Assembly: GCA_965248575.1 (NCBI GenBank)
Contig: CBDFJQ010000002.1
Span: forward strand, 4,512,001 to 4,576,000
Source: Planctomycetota bacterium
Lineage (GTDB): Bacteria; Planctomycetota; B15-G4
DNA length: 64,000 nucleotides
Reading direction: 5' to 3'
This document shows positions 46,258-57,532 of the stretch, in pieces. The position numbers were made by a program, and so were the translations under genes. Each line of letters begins with the position of its first letter. Within the stretch, counting starts at the first letter, position 1. The notes under the pieces were generated by a model that saw only the letters and a list, made by a program, of their open reading frames with translations, did not search any database and was not told the DNA's origin.

Positions 46258-46659
46258 TCACTGCCAGCTCATGGCGGGGGGAGTGTCGTCACCGAGCCAC
46301 TGACAGAGGAAGAGCCGGAAGCTCGCGATGCGGCCGTTCCGCATGGTGAACACGTGGACCCATCGGTTCTGGAACGACTCACCCGTGGCTCGCTCCTTGC
46401 CCTTGGCTTCGCCGAGGACGACGACCTTGTTGCCGGCCTCGATGAACTCGCGGGGGGCGGAGAACTGGAGCATCCACGCCTTGTCGACGGTCGCGAGGAA
46501 ACTGCGCACTCCCTCGATCCCCCGGAATGCCCCGGTCACGTCGCTCGTGGAGGCGCCGTTGACCACCCACTCGACCTCCTCGTCACAGAGCGCGAGGATG
46601 GAATCGAGGTCGCCCTCGCCGAGGTGCTGGTAGATACGCTTGATCACGTCCAATGCCAT
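46258..46659 (-). CDS. NTF2/SnoaL-like protein
   Basis: GDLDSIL, EVEW, FRGIEGV, WVHVFTMRNGRI. Confidence 0.88.
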   Translation of the reverse strand: MALDVIKRIYQHLGEGDLDSILALCDEEVEWVVNGASTSDVTGAFRGIEGVRSFLATVDKAWMLQFSAPREFIEAGNKVVVLGEAKGKERATGESFQNRWVHVFTMRNGRIASFRLFLCQWLGDDTPPAMSWQ

Positions 46660-46897
46660 CGGATGGCGCCTCCCGTGCTGATCGGATGAGAGATGGGATC
46701 TTCGCGGTCGGGCATGCGCGGGGCAAGCCCGACCACCGAACGATTCGTCTCGAGGCAGTCGGGCCACGCTTCAGCCAGTCTCGGTCGCCCCCGGTGTCGC
46801 CGCGCCGACTGAGGGGGCAGCACGTCGTGGCGCGATTCCGTGAACGCGGATACGGTTCCATAGACGTCCGGTCGTCAACCTCCGGGGGGAGTTCCAC

Positions 46898-49426
46898 ATG
46901 CCCACGCCCCGCCTGTTCGAATCGGCCGCCTGTGCGCTGGTGCTGCTCGCCGCTTCGGTCGACGCCCAGCGCGCCCCTCTGTTCCAGGGCCTGCGCGTTC
47001 CGCTCCGAGACATGGCCGGAGACGTGGCCCTCGGAGATCTCGACGGCGACGCACGACCCGAGTTGCTCGTCACGTCCCTCGCGGACGGCGTCGTTGGCGT
47101 GTTCGGTCGCAGCGTCACGGCCTTCGAGCACCTGGCGGACGTTGCCGTGGGCGTCACGCCGACGGGTCTCTCTGTCCTCGACCTCGACGGGGACGGCCGC
47201 GCCGACGTGGTCACGGCGAACCGCGGTTCCGACGACGTCTCGGTGCTCATCGGAAAGGGCGATGGCACCTTCGCACCCGCCGAGAGCATCCGTGTGGACG
47301 TCGGCCCGGTCGCTTTGGACGCAGGTGACGTGGACGGCAACGGCACGCTCGACCTGGTCGTCGCCTGTGCCGACTCGGGGCGCGTGACGGTGCTCCTAGG
47401 CGAAGGGGACGGCACATTCGGCCTCCCATCCAGCGTGCTCGTCGGCGGCCAGCCGGCTGACATCTCGCTGGCGCGCCTCGACGACGACGCGTTCCTCGAC
47501 CTCGTCGTCACGGATCTCCAAGCTGCTGGCGGCATCGCGCTGCTCGGGGACGGCGTCGGTGGGTTCATCTTCTCGTCGACGATTGTCGGGCCGCAGTCGA
47601 CGAGGCGTCAGGCGGTGGCCGATGTTGACGGCGACGGGCTGAACGACGTTCTGCTCGCGGGATGCGGTGTCTTTCTGTCTCGGGGCCTCGGTGATGGCAG
47701 CTTCGCGCCGCACGAATTGATCGTGCTCTCACCCATCACTTGCGGCTTCCTCGTGCCAAACATGCCGGCCCTGGTCGTGGACGACTGGAGCGCCGACGGC
47801 ATCCCGGACATCGTGCTCACCAACCTGCTGGACACCAACGTCGCGTTCCTCCAGGGCGTCGGCGACGGCTCCTTCGTGGAGATCTCCAACCTCGGCACCT
47901 TCCAGCAGACGTTCTTCGCGCAGTTCGGGACGGAGATCGCAGCCGGGGACCTCTACGGCGACGGAACACTCGGGCTGGCCCTGCTCAATCCGACGACGCA
48001 GGACGTCGGCCTGCTGCGCGTCCCGCCCAGCGGGGACCTGGGCGTGTCCCGGTCGATGGCTGGCTCGTTACCGGGTGCCCTGGCGCTGGGCGATCTCAAT
48101 GGCGACGGGGCGCTGGACGTCGTGACGGGCAACCAGGCGTTCATGTCGTTCCCGCCGTCGGGGCAGATCCACTTCGGCGCAGGGGACGGCACGTTCGCCA
48201 GCGTCCAGTTGCTCGCGTCCGCCGAATACCAAGAGATGCTCGTGGACCGCATTGACGACGACGGCAAGCCGGACCTCGTGACGCTCGTCGTGAACCCCTT
48301 CGATTTTACGAGCCGCTTGTCCGTGATGTACGGAGACGGTGCTGGTGGCTTCTCCGGGGGTGCATCGAAGAACCTGGGGGACTTCGGTCTCGCCATGTCG
48401 GCCGCCGACCTCGACGACGACGGTTTCAAGGACTTCGTCGTGGCCTTGCCAGCAGACCTCTTCAGCCTGCTGTCGAACGGCGCCGGCGGCTTCGGCGCGC
48501 TCGTCCCGCTCGGGACCTCGGGGCCATACGAACTCGGACGACTCGACGGCGATGCCTTCCCGTCGCTGCTCGTCGGGCGGGCCCCCTCGGAGCTCGAGCT
48601 GTGGGCCGGACTCGGAGACGGCACCTTCGCTCCTCCGACGACCGTCGCTCTTCCGGCGAGCCTGACGGACATCCTGCTCGCCGACATGGACGGCGACCAG
48701 ATCGACGACGTTGTCGTAGCGCTCGGGAACGACGGGGTCGCCGTGCTCCCGGGTCTGCCAGGTGGCGGTCTCGCTGCTCCCATCCAGACGTTGCTCGATT
48801 CGACGGCGACCTGGGTGCGCTGCGCCGAACTGGACGGTGACGGTCGCCTCGACCTGCTTGCGGGCAGTTCGGGGGAGGAAGCGGCGGTGCTGCTCGGGAA
48901 TGGGAGCGGCGGTTTCGCAGCCATCCACGGGATCGGCCTGGGAGACAGCCAGACTTCTGCCGCACTGGGCCACATGGGCGGCGATCGTCTGGCGGAGATC
49001 GTTTACGTGCAGGGTCTGTTCCCAGCGGCCGTCATCGCGATGAAGAACGGGCCTGGGCTTCCGTGGCGCGGATTGTTCCAGGGGCTCGCTGGGACTCGCG
49101 GCGTGCCGCGGCTCGCCGGTGAGGGCAGCCTCGTGGAGGGCGGCCCGGTGACGCTTTCGTTGCGCGACGCCCGCCAGGCTGCGGACGTGTTCGTCATCCT
49201 GGGGTTGTCCGAGGTGTCGACGCCGTTCTTCGGGGGGACGCTTGTGCCTTCGCCGGACGTCGTGCGGCTCTTCCGGGCGGACTCCGCGGGCACGTTGCTC
49301 CTGTCGACGCACTGGCCGCCCGGCGTGGAGTCTGGCGCGACCCTCTCCTGGCAGGCGTGGATCCCGGACGATGAAGCGGTCGAGGGCGTGGCAGCGAGCA
49401 ACGCGCTGCTGTCCACGGTGCCCTAG
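46898..49426 (+). CDS. Secreted FG-GAP/VCBS repeat protein
   Basis: Many D.DGDG..D...G.GDG.F repeats; signal peptide; non-repeat C-terminal domain. Confidence 0.9.
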   Translation: MPTPRLFESAACALVLLAASVDAQRAPLFQGLRVPLRDMAGDVALGDLDGDARPELLVTSLADGVVGVFGRSVTAFEHLADVAVGVTPTGLSVLDLDGDGRADVVTANRGSDDVSVLIGKGDGTFAPAESIRVDVGPVALDAGDVDGNGTLDLVVACADSGRVTVLLGEGDGTFGLPSSVLVGGQPADISLARLDDDAFLDLVVTDLQAAGGIALLGDGVGGFIFSSTIVGPQSTRRQAVADVDGDGLNDVLLAGCGVFLSRGLGDGSFAPHELIVLSPITCGFLVPNMPALVVDDWSADGIPDIVLTNLLDTNVAFLQGVGDGSFVEISNLGTFQQTFFAQFGTEIAAGDLYGDGTLGLALLNPTTQDVGLLRVPPSGDLGVSRSMAGSLPGALALGDLNGDGALDVVTGNQAFMSFPPSGQIHFGAGDGTFASVQLLASAEYQEMLVDRIDDDGKPDLVTLVVNPFDFTSRLSVMYGDGAGGFSGGASKNLGDFGLAMSAADLDDDGFKDFVVALPADLFSLLSNGAGGFGALVPLGTSGPYELGRLDGDAFPSLLVGRAPSELELWAGLGDGTFAPPTTVALPASLTDILLADMDGDQIDDVVVALGNDGVAVLPGLPGGGLAAPIQTLLDSTATWVRCAELDGDGRLDLLAGSSGEEAAVLLGNGSGGFAAIHGIGLGDSQTSAALGHMGGDRLAEIVYVQGLFPAAVIAMKNGPGLPWRGLFQGLAGTRGVPRLAGEGSLVEGGPVTLSLRDARQAADVFVILGLSEVSTPFFGGTLVPSPDVVRLFRADSAGTLLLSTHWPPGVESGATLSWQAWIPDDEAVEGVAASNALLSTVP

Positions 49427-49443
49427 CGAGCGTTGTGGAGAGC

Positions 49444-49469
49444 CGGCCTGGCCAGATCCGGCCAGGCCG
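49444..49469. terminator. GC hairpin between convergent genes
   Basis: CGGCCTGGCC-agatcc-GGCCAGGCCG; no U-tract. Confidence 0.45.
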
Positions 49470-49502
49470 ACCGGTGTGACAAAGTAACTGTCGCCATACT
49501 CG

Positions 49503-50273
49503 CTACTCCAGCGTGATGTAGACCCTGGCCAGCCCCGAGCCGATACGGTCGGGATTGACGAAGTCGTAGACCACCCGATTCAGGCCCACGTAAATGTCGT
49601 AGTTGGGAGGGCCCTCGCTGTCGGGCTGTCCGTCGAGGGCAAAGAGCAGGTCAGCGCCCGGCGGGCAGGCGGAGAAGTCCACTTCGGTGTAATTGCTTCC
49701 ATGGCTGAGGAACATGTTGCCCACGGAGACCTTCAGGCCGCTGTCTCGGAGGCCCAGGGACATCTCAGAAATCCGGGTTGAATTGGTCGGCGAGCTGCCC
49801 AGATCGCTCGCGAACACGCTCAGCGTCTGGTCCACGATCTGCATCTCGGCGTCTCTCTGCTGGGTGAAGTAATCTCCTCCACCTCCATCATTGGTCGCAG
49901 AGTCGCCGATGTTGAGCGTGAAGCCCTCGGGAACGCCTTCGTAGTCGAGGACTGCAACCATCTTCGTGTACCCCGAAGAGGGGTCGAGGGTCACCTTGAA
50001 GACAGTCTCGAAGAAGCCGTCCATGTTCGAGTCCACCGACGGTGCGACCATGGAAATCTCCGGGGCGATGAGCCGCGTTGTGCCGGTCTCGAGGTTGAAG
50101 AAGGCGCCCAACTGACCACCGCTGCTTCCACCCACCACGCTCCCCGGGTCCATCTCAAGCTGACCCGCTAGGTGCACGCCCGCCTGTTGCACGGGAGGAC
50201 CGGTCGCGAACGTCAGCAATCCTCCCGCGGATATCACGGAGGCCACTGCCAAGAGTGCGTTGATGTGTTTCAT
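49503..50273 (-). CDS. Hypothetical exported protein
   Basis: AGGAG RBS, MKHINALLAVASV signal-like start, acidic beta-rich body. Confidence 0.75.
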   Translation of the reverse strand: MKHINALLAVASVISAGGLLTFATGPPVQQAGVHLAGQLEMDPGSVVGGSSGGQLGAFFNLETGTTRLIAPEISMVAPSVDSNMDGFFETVFKVTLDPSSGYTKMVAVLDYEGVPEGFTLNIGDSATNDGGGGDYFTQQRDAEMQIVDQTLSVFASDLGSSPTNSTRISEMSLGLRDSGLKVSVGNMFLSHGSNYTEVDFSACPPGADLLFALDGQPDSEGPPNYDIYVGLNRVVYDFVNPDRIGSGLARVYITLE

Positions 50274-50559
50274 GGTTCGACTCCTGTTAATGAGTACGCC
50301 AAACGCAGCATGCGCACGGCGTAGCCTCCTGACTGGGAGACCACTCATTGATCTACCGTCAGGAGCGGCGCTGCACCATGGGGTGGGGTGCGCACGTCGC
50401 GGAGTCGATGTGGGCAGTTGCCCAGGGCACTGTTCGGCAGCCTGCGTCAGCCAGGTGACGGCGTGCCGGGTTCTCGACGGGGCTTACGAACCACCCACGC
50501 CCGGTTGAGAAACCGACACTCCTCAGCCTTTGGCGTTCGCACGCCGTCACGGCAACAGC

Positions 50560-51645
50560 TCAGGGGTCGATTGGGTCGAGTGTGTCCGTGGCCTTGAGTG
50601 CTTGCTGCGCGGCCTTGCCGACCTTCTTGATGATTTTGAGCGCCGGCTTGGTCTTGTCGATCAGCTTGATGGCTGCCGCCAGCTGCTTGGCCGTCTTCTT
50701 GAGGGCGCCGCGCGCCTTCTTTTGAATCTTGCTTTTGGCAAGTGCGTCCACGGACACCATGGCATCCGCGACATCCGGTTGAGCACCGACGAGCAAGGCA
50801 CGGGCGGCGTCAGTGTCCGGAGATCCGCCGTTGAGCACATGGAAGGCCTCGATCACGGCATCCATGACATCGTTCAAGTCGACCGCGATCTGTTCCTCGG
50901 CCGTGAGGGTGAAGCCCTCGACCGGTGGCGGGCCGTCGTCATCCACGCGGAAGCTGTCGAAGACAAGCGTGGCGGGGTGATTGAGGAAGCTGGCGCCCAT
51001 GGATGGAACCAGGGCGTCGTCGGGGTCGGCGGGCGAGTAGTTGAAGATGCGTCCGATCTCGGTCAGCGCCCCGCCCTCGCTCAGCTCTCCTAGGGTCGCG
51101 GGCCTGGCTTCGAAAATGAGGTCTGTCCCATCGTGGGTGATGGACATCAGAACAAGATCCGTTTGCGGAAAGAGAACGCTGCCGATCGTGAAGAACTGGC
51201 TCTGGGCGCGCACGCGCAAGCCATCGCCTTCGCGGCGCGCGCAAATCAGCTCGAAGTTCAGCGCACCGTTGATCGTGCTGCGTTCGTCCAGCTCCATGCA
51301 AACCTGAGCGTTGCCGTTGAAACCGGCGTTGTCTTCACCGGGGGCCACGCCTCCAATCACCGAAACGGTGAAGGGCGGGTAGAGCCTGCGATTGACCCGC
51401 GTGAACCCGAAGGCGGTGCCGCCGGCCTTCTTCTTGGTGCGCACAGCCGGTAGGAACCGACTCCCTGCAGCAGGAGCCTCGGTCGTGGGTTTCATGGGAA
51501 AGACAAAGACGTCGGTCAAGTCGGCGTCTCGTTCGACCCCGTTCTTGCCCTTGATCACACAGGCGGGAGTGAATGCGCTCAGGACAATCAGCAGGAGCAG
51601 AACATGGCGGTGCGTCACGGTAGGCCTCCGGAGGTGAACTCTCAT
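50560..51645 (-). CDS. Hypothetical probable lipoprotein with Lys-rich helical tail
   Basis: Hydrophobic stretch ending TPAC; KKARGALKKTAKQL tail; start uncertain. Confidence 0.7.
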   Translation of the reverse strand: MRVHLRRPTVTHRHVLLLLIVLSAFTPACVIKGKNGVERDADLTDVFVFPMKPTTEAPAAGSRFLPAVRTKKKAGGTAFGFTRVNRRLYPPFTVSVIGGVAPGEDNAGFNGNAQVCMELDERSTINGALNFELICARREGDGLRVRAQSQFFTIGSVLFPQTDLVLMSITHDGTDLIFEARPATLGELSEGGALTEIGRIFNYSPADPDDALVPSMGASFLNHPATLVFDSFRVDDDGPPPVEGFTLTAEEQIAVDLNDVMDAVIEAFHVLNGGSPDTDAARALLVGAQPDVADAMVSVDALAKSKIQKKARGALKKTAKQLAAAIKLIDKTKPALKIIKKVGKAAQQALKATDTLDPIDP

Positions 51646-51853
51646 CACACGATGTGTGGACGAGCGAGGCAAGCACTCTGGCACGATCATGTCGGATGAC
51701 GTCGTCTTCGGCGGCTCCTGCTCAGAGATTGGAGCCGAGTGGCACGCAGACGCCGAGGCCCACGGGAAAGCTGCATCCCCCTTGAGCCAGGGCCGAATCA
51801 AGTCGCTGCTGCGCGAGCTGCTGAAGCGCCCCTCCAAGCCTAGGAGCCACTTC

Positions 51854-53139
51854 ATGCGTTGCGTCACACGAACCCCGGTTATTTGCGTCCTGTGCGTCGT
51901 CACGCTCGTGGCCGGAGGCAGGGAGGGGCAAGTTCTTGCCTGCGACGCCCCTGAACTCGTCGCGGCTATCTACGGCGACCAGTCGCAGTTCATTGTTCTT
52001 CGCATACATCTTCAATACCCCCGGCAAGGGGCCGCTGAGCGCATCGCTCGTGGGTTTCTTCAAGGGCGACCAGGTCAGTGTGAAAGGCAAGAGCAAGAAG
52101 GCCGGCAAGATGGGCATTGCTGCCTACGCGGCTCTGCTGCAGAAGTCGCTGAACACGGAGTTGACGTTCCCTAGCAAGCCGCTGAACGACAAGCGCATGA
52201 CGATTTCTGCGTATCACGACTTTGGCGGGAGGGGGCGGCAGAGTTTCCGCGCGAGGCCGTGGGGACTTTTGACGTTCGGCTGACTGCGGCGATCAATGAT
52301 CGCAAGGAGATGTCGAGCGGAGTGTCCTACGCGCACCTGCAGATGAATCGTCCGCTCTCGCAGTTTGGCGGGCAGTTCACGTCGTTGCGCGCGACGTACA
52401 TGGCGGATGGCGGTGGCGGCTACCTCGGGCTTCAGCTGCAGACCTTCGAGCAGGGCAACATCGCCATCGACGTTCCGCAGATGTTCGTGGGCACCGCTGA
52501 GGTCGACATGCGCATCCAGCAGACCGACACGCAGCTCATCACCATGGCTCGCTCCACACCACCCGGCGAACCGGCCACTGACTCGCTCGGGAACGGCAGG
52601 ACGGTCATCTCGAGCCAGGACATCCTGGTGCCGGTCAAGCCTTTCACGCTGGAGTTCAGTGCGCGAGGGTTACTCAAGAAGGGTCGGTTCAACTTCGGTG
52701 ACTTCTCCCTCGGCAACACCGTGCCTGGCCCCGACCTGGAAACCGGTCTGTTCGTGGAATTGGCCAGCGCGCTGATCGACCTGGGTGAGGCCCGCGACGC
52801 GCTCCTGCAAGAAGCGCAGGTACCGATCTGGCCGAGGATGAACTGGACGTAGCCCGCGACACGCTCGGGGTGGTGCAAACCGATCTGCTGCAGGCGCTCG
52901 GCGCGGGAACGCTCGACGACTCCACCGAGGGCAAGACCGCGAAGAAGGCCCTCAAGCGAGCCATCAAGGGCACCGACAAGCTGATCAAAACGCTCGTGAA
53001 GGGGAAGGCCAAGGATCCGTCAAAGCTGGCCAAGCCCACGCAAAAGGCGATCGACTACACTCTCGTGGTCATGACCAATCTGTCCGGTCTCAAGGTCACC
53101 AAGGCGAAGCAGATCAACTTCGTGCCGCCCAACCCGTAG
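51854..53139 (+). pseudogene. Multiply frameshifted exported protein with Lys-rich tail
   Basis: AGGAG RBS + ATG, then abutting ORF pieces 51936-52283, 52259-52852 and 52870-53139 in different frames. Confidence 0.65.
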
Positions 53140-53214
53140 GTCGCTGGCCGCGTCGTAGCGAAGTCAGAGCGTTGAAGCACAGGCGCACATCAATCACCAA
53201 CCAGGGACGAAACC

Positions 53215-54459
53215 ATGCTTGCCGACAGCCACTACTATTTCCACAAGGCCGCCGACGTGCTCGGCATGGCGGACAACATCCGCACGATCCTGCTCACGCC
53301 GCGTCGCACCGTGAAGGTGGAGATCGTCATCGAAGGCGATGACGGCGAGCTGCAGACGTACACTGGTTTCCGCGTCCAGCACAACATGGCCCGCGGCCCG
53401 ATGAAGGGCGGCCTGCGCTACCACCCGTCCATGGACGAAGACCACGCCGGCGCGCTGGCCAACCTCATGACCTGGAAGACGGCCGTCGTGGACATCCCCT
53501 ACGGAGGCGCGAAGGGCGGTATCAACTGCGACCCCCGCACCATGTCGGAGAAGGAGCTGTTCCTCGTCACGACAGGCTTCGTGGAGCAGATGAAGGAGGT
53601 CATCGGTCCCACCACCGACATCCCGGCGCCCGACGTCAACACCAACGCCCAGGTCATGGGCTGGATCATGCACGAGTATTCCAAGTACGAGGGCTTCTCC
53701 CCGGGCGTGGTGACCGGCAAACCGCTGGACCTGTTCGGCTCTGAAGGCCGCGACGCCGCCACGGGGCGCGGCGTCATGGACGTCCTGGGCGCGGCGCTCG
53801 AGGAGCAGGGCAAGGCCTTCGCCGACGTCACCGTCGCCGTCCAGGGCTTCGGGAACGTGGGCAGCAATGCCGCGCTGCTGATCGCCGAGCAGGGCGCCCG
53901 CATCGTGGCCGTCGCGGATCACACGGGTGGCGTCTCGAACGCCGCAGGCCTGGACGTGGTCGCGCTGGACGCCTGGGTCGACGCGCACGGAGGCGTGAAG
54001 GGATTCGCCGGCGGTGATGCCTTCGACAACAGCGAGATCATCACCTGGGATGTCGACGTTCTGATCCCGGCAGCCATGGAAGGCGCCATCACCAAGGACA
54101 ACGCCCCCGACATCAAGGCGACGATCATCGTCGAAGGCGCCAACGGTCCTACATCACCAGAAGCCGACGAGATCCTCCAAGAGCGGGGCATCCTGATCAT
54201 CCCCGACATCCTGGCCAACGCTGGCGGTGTCACCGTCAGCTACTTCGAGTGGGCGCAGAACATCCAGCAGTTCCGTTGGGACGAGGAGCGCATCAACAAC
54301 GAGCTCGACAAGACCATGAGCAAGGCCTACGCCGCGGTGCGCGCGATGGCCACCGAGTTCGACATCGACATGCGCACGGCCGCCTTCGTGCTGGCCATCC
54401 GTCGCGTCGGCAAGGCGGCCTTGTCCAGGGTCCACGTCGGGGTGGCCCCCAAGCTCTAG
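53215..54459 (+). CDS. gdhA: Glutamate dehydrogenase (Glu/Leu/Phe/Val family)
   Basis: RGPMKGGLRY, PYGGAKGG, DIPAPDVNT, QGFGNVG, ANAGGVTVSYFEW. Confidence 0.93.
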   Translation: MLADSHYYFHKAADVLGMADNIRTILLTPRRTVKVEIVIEGDDGELQTYTGFRVQHNMARGPMKGGLRYHPSMDEDHAGALANLMTWKTAVVDIPYGGAKGGINCDPRTMSEKELFLVTTGFVEQMKEVIGPTTDIPAPDVNTNAQVMGWIMHEYSKYEGFSPGVVTGKPLDLFGSEGRDAATGRGVMDVLGAALEEQGKAFADVTVAVQGFGNVGSNAALLIAEQGARIVAVADHTGGVSNAAGLDVVALDAWVDAHGGVKGFAGGDAFDNSEIITWDVDVLIPAAMEGAITKDNAPDIKATIIVEGANGPTSPEADEILQERGILIIPDILANAGGVTVSYFEWAQNIQQFRWDEERINNELDKTMSKAYAAVRAMATEFDIDMRTAAFVLAIRRVGKAALSRVHVGVAPKL

Positions 54460-54665
54460 CGCCCTCTCAAGCCCTCAGCGGGAAGCACCCGCCAGTCGGG
54501 ACTGATTGCCGCCTTTGTCCAAGAAGTCGGCCAGACGCACGACGCCGAGCAGGGTGGTGACAGTCGGCCTGGCCGCGGATCGTTGCCGGACGGCTCTGGT
54601 CAGGACGCTTTCGGGACCTGATACGATCGATCCTGGAGGGTCTGTCCGCGCCCGGAGATCTGCCC

Positions 54666-57347
54666 ATGCGAGACGTCGAGAAGCACGCCATTCTGTGGTC
54701 CGTGGTCCTCACCACGGTGTCACTGTCGAGTGGATGCGCGGGTCCCGTTGAGAGATCGGTTGCTCCCACCCCAGGGTCGGCGACGCCGGTCGCGACCCTG
54801 TTGCTTCCGGCTCCGGATGTCGCCGGGACGCGCACGCGCGTGATGCCTGACGCTTCACGCGCGTCGTCCGACGAACGCCCCGAAGCGCCTACGGCGGTGC
54901 TCGTCGCCGCCGGGATGGAAGCGCTCGAGGCCAAGCGCCGGAAGCTCGAGTCGCGCGGACCCAAGTCGTTCGACAAGCCGCAGGAGGCGATGGAGTTCCA
55001 CGTGCGGCAGCGTCTCGCAGCGGGTGCCGACCGGCTGCCCATCGCGCAGCTCGAGGCCGAACGAGACCGTCTTCGCCAACGCGAGGCACGCGTCGCGTCC
55101 CAGGCACTGAGTGTGCCACCGGGGGGCGTGCTGGGTTGGAGCTGGCTCGGCCCCGGCAACATCGGCGGCCGCACGCGAGCGCTCGTGATCGACCCCGGTG
55201 ACCCGGACGTCATGTACGCCGCGGGCGTGGCCGGTGGCGTCTGGAAGTCCACGAATGCCGGCGCGAGCTGGAACGCCACCGACGACCTCATGCTCAACCT
55301 GGCGGTGACCTGCATCGCGATGGACCCGACGGACAGCAGCGTGCTCTACGCCGGGACGGGCGAGGGCTTCTACGGGTCGAGCACCTTCGTGCAGGGCCTC
55401 GGCATGTTCAAGTCGGTCGATGCGGGCGCGACTTGGGCGCAGCTCCCGGGGACGGTCGGTGACAGCGTCCCCGAGGGCTCGTTCCACTACGTGAACAAGA
55501 TCGTGGTGAGCCCGAACGACAACGCAAGGCTCTACGCGGGCACGCGCACAGGCGTCTGGCGCAGCTCGGATGCCGGCGCCAACTGGACGCTGGTGCTCGC
55601 CAACCCCTTCTATCTCACGGCGTCGGCCAACTCGAACGGATCGCTCGTGGGCTGCACGGAGCTGGTCATCCGGCAAGATTCAGCACCGGACGTGCTCTTC
55701 GCCGCCTACGGCAGCTTCATGGCCGACGGGCTCTTCCGCAGCCTGGACGGCGGCAACAGCTGGCAGGCCTACACGGTGCCGGCCAACCAGGGCCGGATGA
55801 CGATCGCCCTGGCACCGAGCGACAACGACATTATCTACCTGCTGATGGCCGACAATGGGGGCGTCGGGGCGACCGGGCAGATCGTCGACCTCTACCGCTC
55901 CGACGACGGCGGCAACAGCTTCGTGAACCGTATCGACTTCGGCACCCTCACGGGGCCGTGGCTGCTCAGCAACCTGATCCTCGCGACGGGCTGCCTCCCG
56001 GGAGGCACCTACTCCCAGGGCTGGTACGACAACATCGTTGCCGTGGACCCCGTCGATCCGGACGTGGTGTGGGTGGGGGGCGTGGACATCTTCCGCTCCG
56101 ACGACGGAGGGCAGACGTTCGGCATACCGGGCTACTGGATCTTCTACACCATCGATCCGCCACCGCCGTACCAGATCCACCCCGACCACCACACGATCGT
56201 CTTCCACCCCGACTACGACGGCGTGTCGAATCAGACGATGTTCGTCGGCAACGACGGCGGGCTGTACCGCACGCAAAACGCGCGGGCGGCTACGAGCCAA
56301 GAGGACTGCCCGCTGCCGGGGACGCTGCCCCTGCCGGCGGTGGTCTGGGAGCGCCTCAACAACAACTACGGCGTGACGCAGTTCTATCACGGTGACAGTG
56401 CCGTGGTCGCGGACGTGTTCGTCGGTGGCGCCCAGGACAATGGCAGCCTGCGTGTCGAGGCCCAGGGCACGCCCAACGACTGGGACCTCGTGTTCGGCGG
56501 AGACGGCGGCTACGTGGCCATCGACCCGACGGATCCGCAGGTCATCTATGTGGAGTACCAGTTCTTCCCGACGATCCAGAAGTCGACCGATGGCGGCGAG
56601 ACTTTTGCCGACGCGACCAACGGCATCACCGACACCGACGGGGGGTTCATCGCGCCCTTCGCGATGGATCAGGCCGATCCCGACGTGCTCTGGACCGGTG
56701 GTTCGAGGCCGTGGCGCACCAAGGACGCCGCCACGTCGTGGCAACCCGCCGGTTTCGACTTCCCGGGCGCGAGCACGCTGTCTGCCATCGCCATCGCGCC
56801 CTCTGACTCCGACGTGGTCTACCTGGGTTTCGAGAACGGCTACGTCGTGCGGACGACCAACGGCTTGGGCGCCTTCCCTGTCTGGACCGTGCCGGCCGCG
56901 CCGGCGGTCAACGGATGGATCAGCAGCCTGGCCGTCGATCCGCTCGACCCCGACAAGGTGTACGCCACGACGTCGAACTACGGCCTGACGCACATCCTCG
57001 GATCGGTGGACGGCGGGCTCACGTGGACCTCGCTCGACGGCATCGGTTTCGAGGGCGTTCCCGATATCCCGGTGCACTGGATCGCCGTGCGGCCCTGCAA
57101 CCGCGACCAGCTGTACGTCGGCACGGAGCTGGGCGTCTTCGTGAGCGACGATCGCGGTGGGAGCTGGACGCCGGTGAACACGGGGCTCGCGAACGTGGTC
57201 GTGGAGTCGCTGGACTTCCGGGACGAGGACACCCTCGTGGCCTTCACTCACGGCCGTGGCGCCTTCCTCGCGACCCTCGAGCCGTGTGCTCCGCAGATCG
57301 AGGGTTCAATGAGCGGCAGCCGCCCGCAGAAGAAGGCCGCTCCGTGA
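54666..57347 (+). CDS. BNR/Asp-box beta-propeller protein (VPS10/glycosyl hydrolase-like)
   Basis: GPGNIGGRTRAL, repeated S.D.G..W/F, HPDHH, GAQDNG, FTHGRG. Confidence 0.88.
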   Translation: MRDVEKHAILWSVVLTTVSLSSGCAGPVERSVAPTPGSATPVATLLLPAPDVAGTRTRVMPDASRASSDERPEAPTAVLVAAGMEALEAKRRKLESRGPKSFDKPQEAMEFHVRQRLAAGADRLPIAQLEAERDRLRQREARVASQALSVPPGGVLGWSWLGPGNIGGRTRALVIDPGDPDVMYAAGVAGGVWKSTNAGASWNATDDLMLNLAVTCIAMDPTDSSVLYAGTGEGFYGSSTFVQGLGMFKSVDAGATWAQLPGTVGDSVPEGSFHYVNKIVVSPNDNARLYAGTRTGVWRSSDAGANWTLVLANPFYLTASANSNGSLVGCTELVIRQDSAPDVLFAAYGSFMADGLFRSLDGGNSWQAYTVPANQGRMTIALAPSDNDIIYLLMADNGGVGATGQIVDLYRSDDGGNSFVNRIDFGTLTGPWLLSNLILATGCLPGGTYSQGWYDNIVAVDPVDPDVVWVGGVDIFRSDDGGQTFGIPGYWIFYTIDPPPPYQIHPDHHTIVFHPDYDGVSNQTMFVGNDGGLYRTQNARAATSQEDCPLPGTLPLPAVVWERLNNNYGVTQFYHGDSAVVADVFVGGAQDNGSLRVEAQGTPNDWDLVFGGDGGYVAIDPTDPQVIYVEYQFFPTIQKSTDGGETFADATNGITDTDGGFIAPFAMDQADPDVLWTGGSRPWRTKDAATSWQPAGFDFPGASTLSAIAIAPSDSDVVYLGFENGYVVRTTNGLGAFPVWTVPAAPAVNGWISSLAVDPLDPDKVYATTSNYGLTHILGSVDGGLTWTSLDGIGFEGVPDIPVHWIAVRPCNRDQLYVGTELGVFVSDDRGGSWTPVNTGLANVVVESLDFRDEDTLVAFTHGRGAFLATLEPCAPQIEGSMSGSRPQKKAAP

Positions 57348-57532
57348 CGGTGTGTGATCGCCGGGCGTGTTGCTCGCGCGGACGCTCCGTTCGTCGCATG
57401 TTCGAATCCCTTCACCCTTGCCAGCTCTTCTGAAAGGCAAGTCGCGAGTTCAACCTCGAGCCGCGCACTAGAACAGGGCGCATGAGACCCTGGACACTCT
57501 GGAGCGCACCGCAGACTGACGGAGGTCACAGC

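Noticed and set aside
50470..50545. tRNA-Glu(CTC)-like arm on the minus strand
   Set aside because: The anticodon-like stem-loop is present, but the T arm is degenerate and no acceptor stem pairs; tRNAscan-SE would settle it
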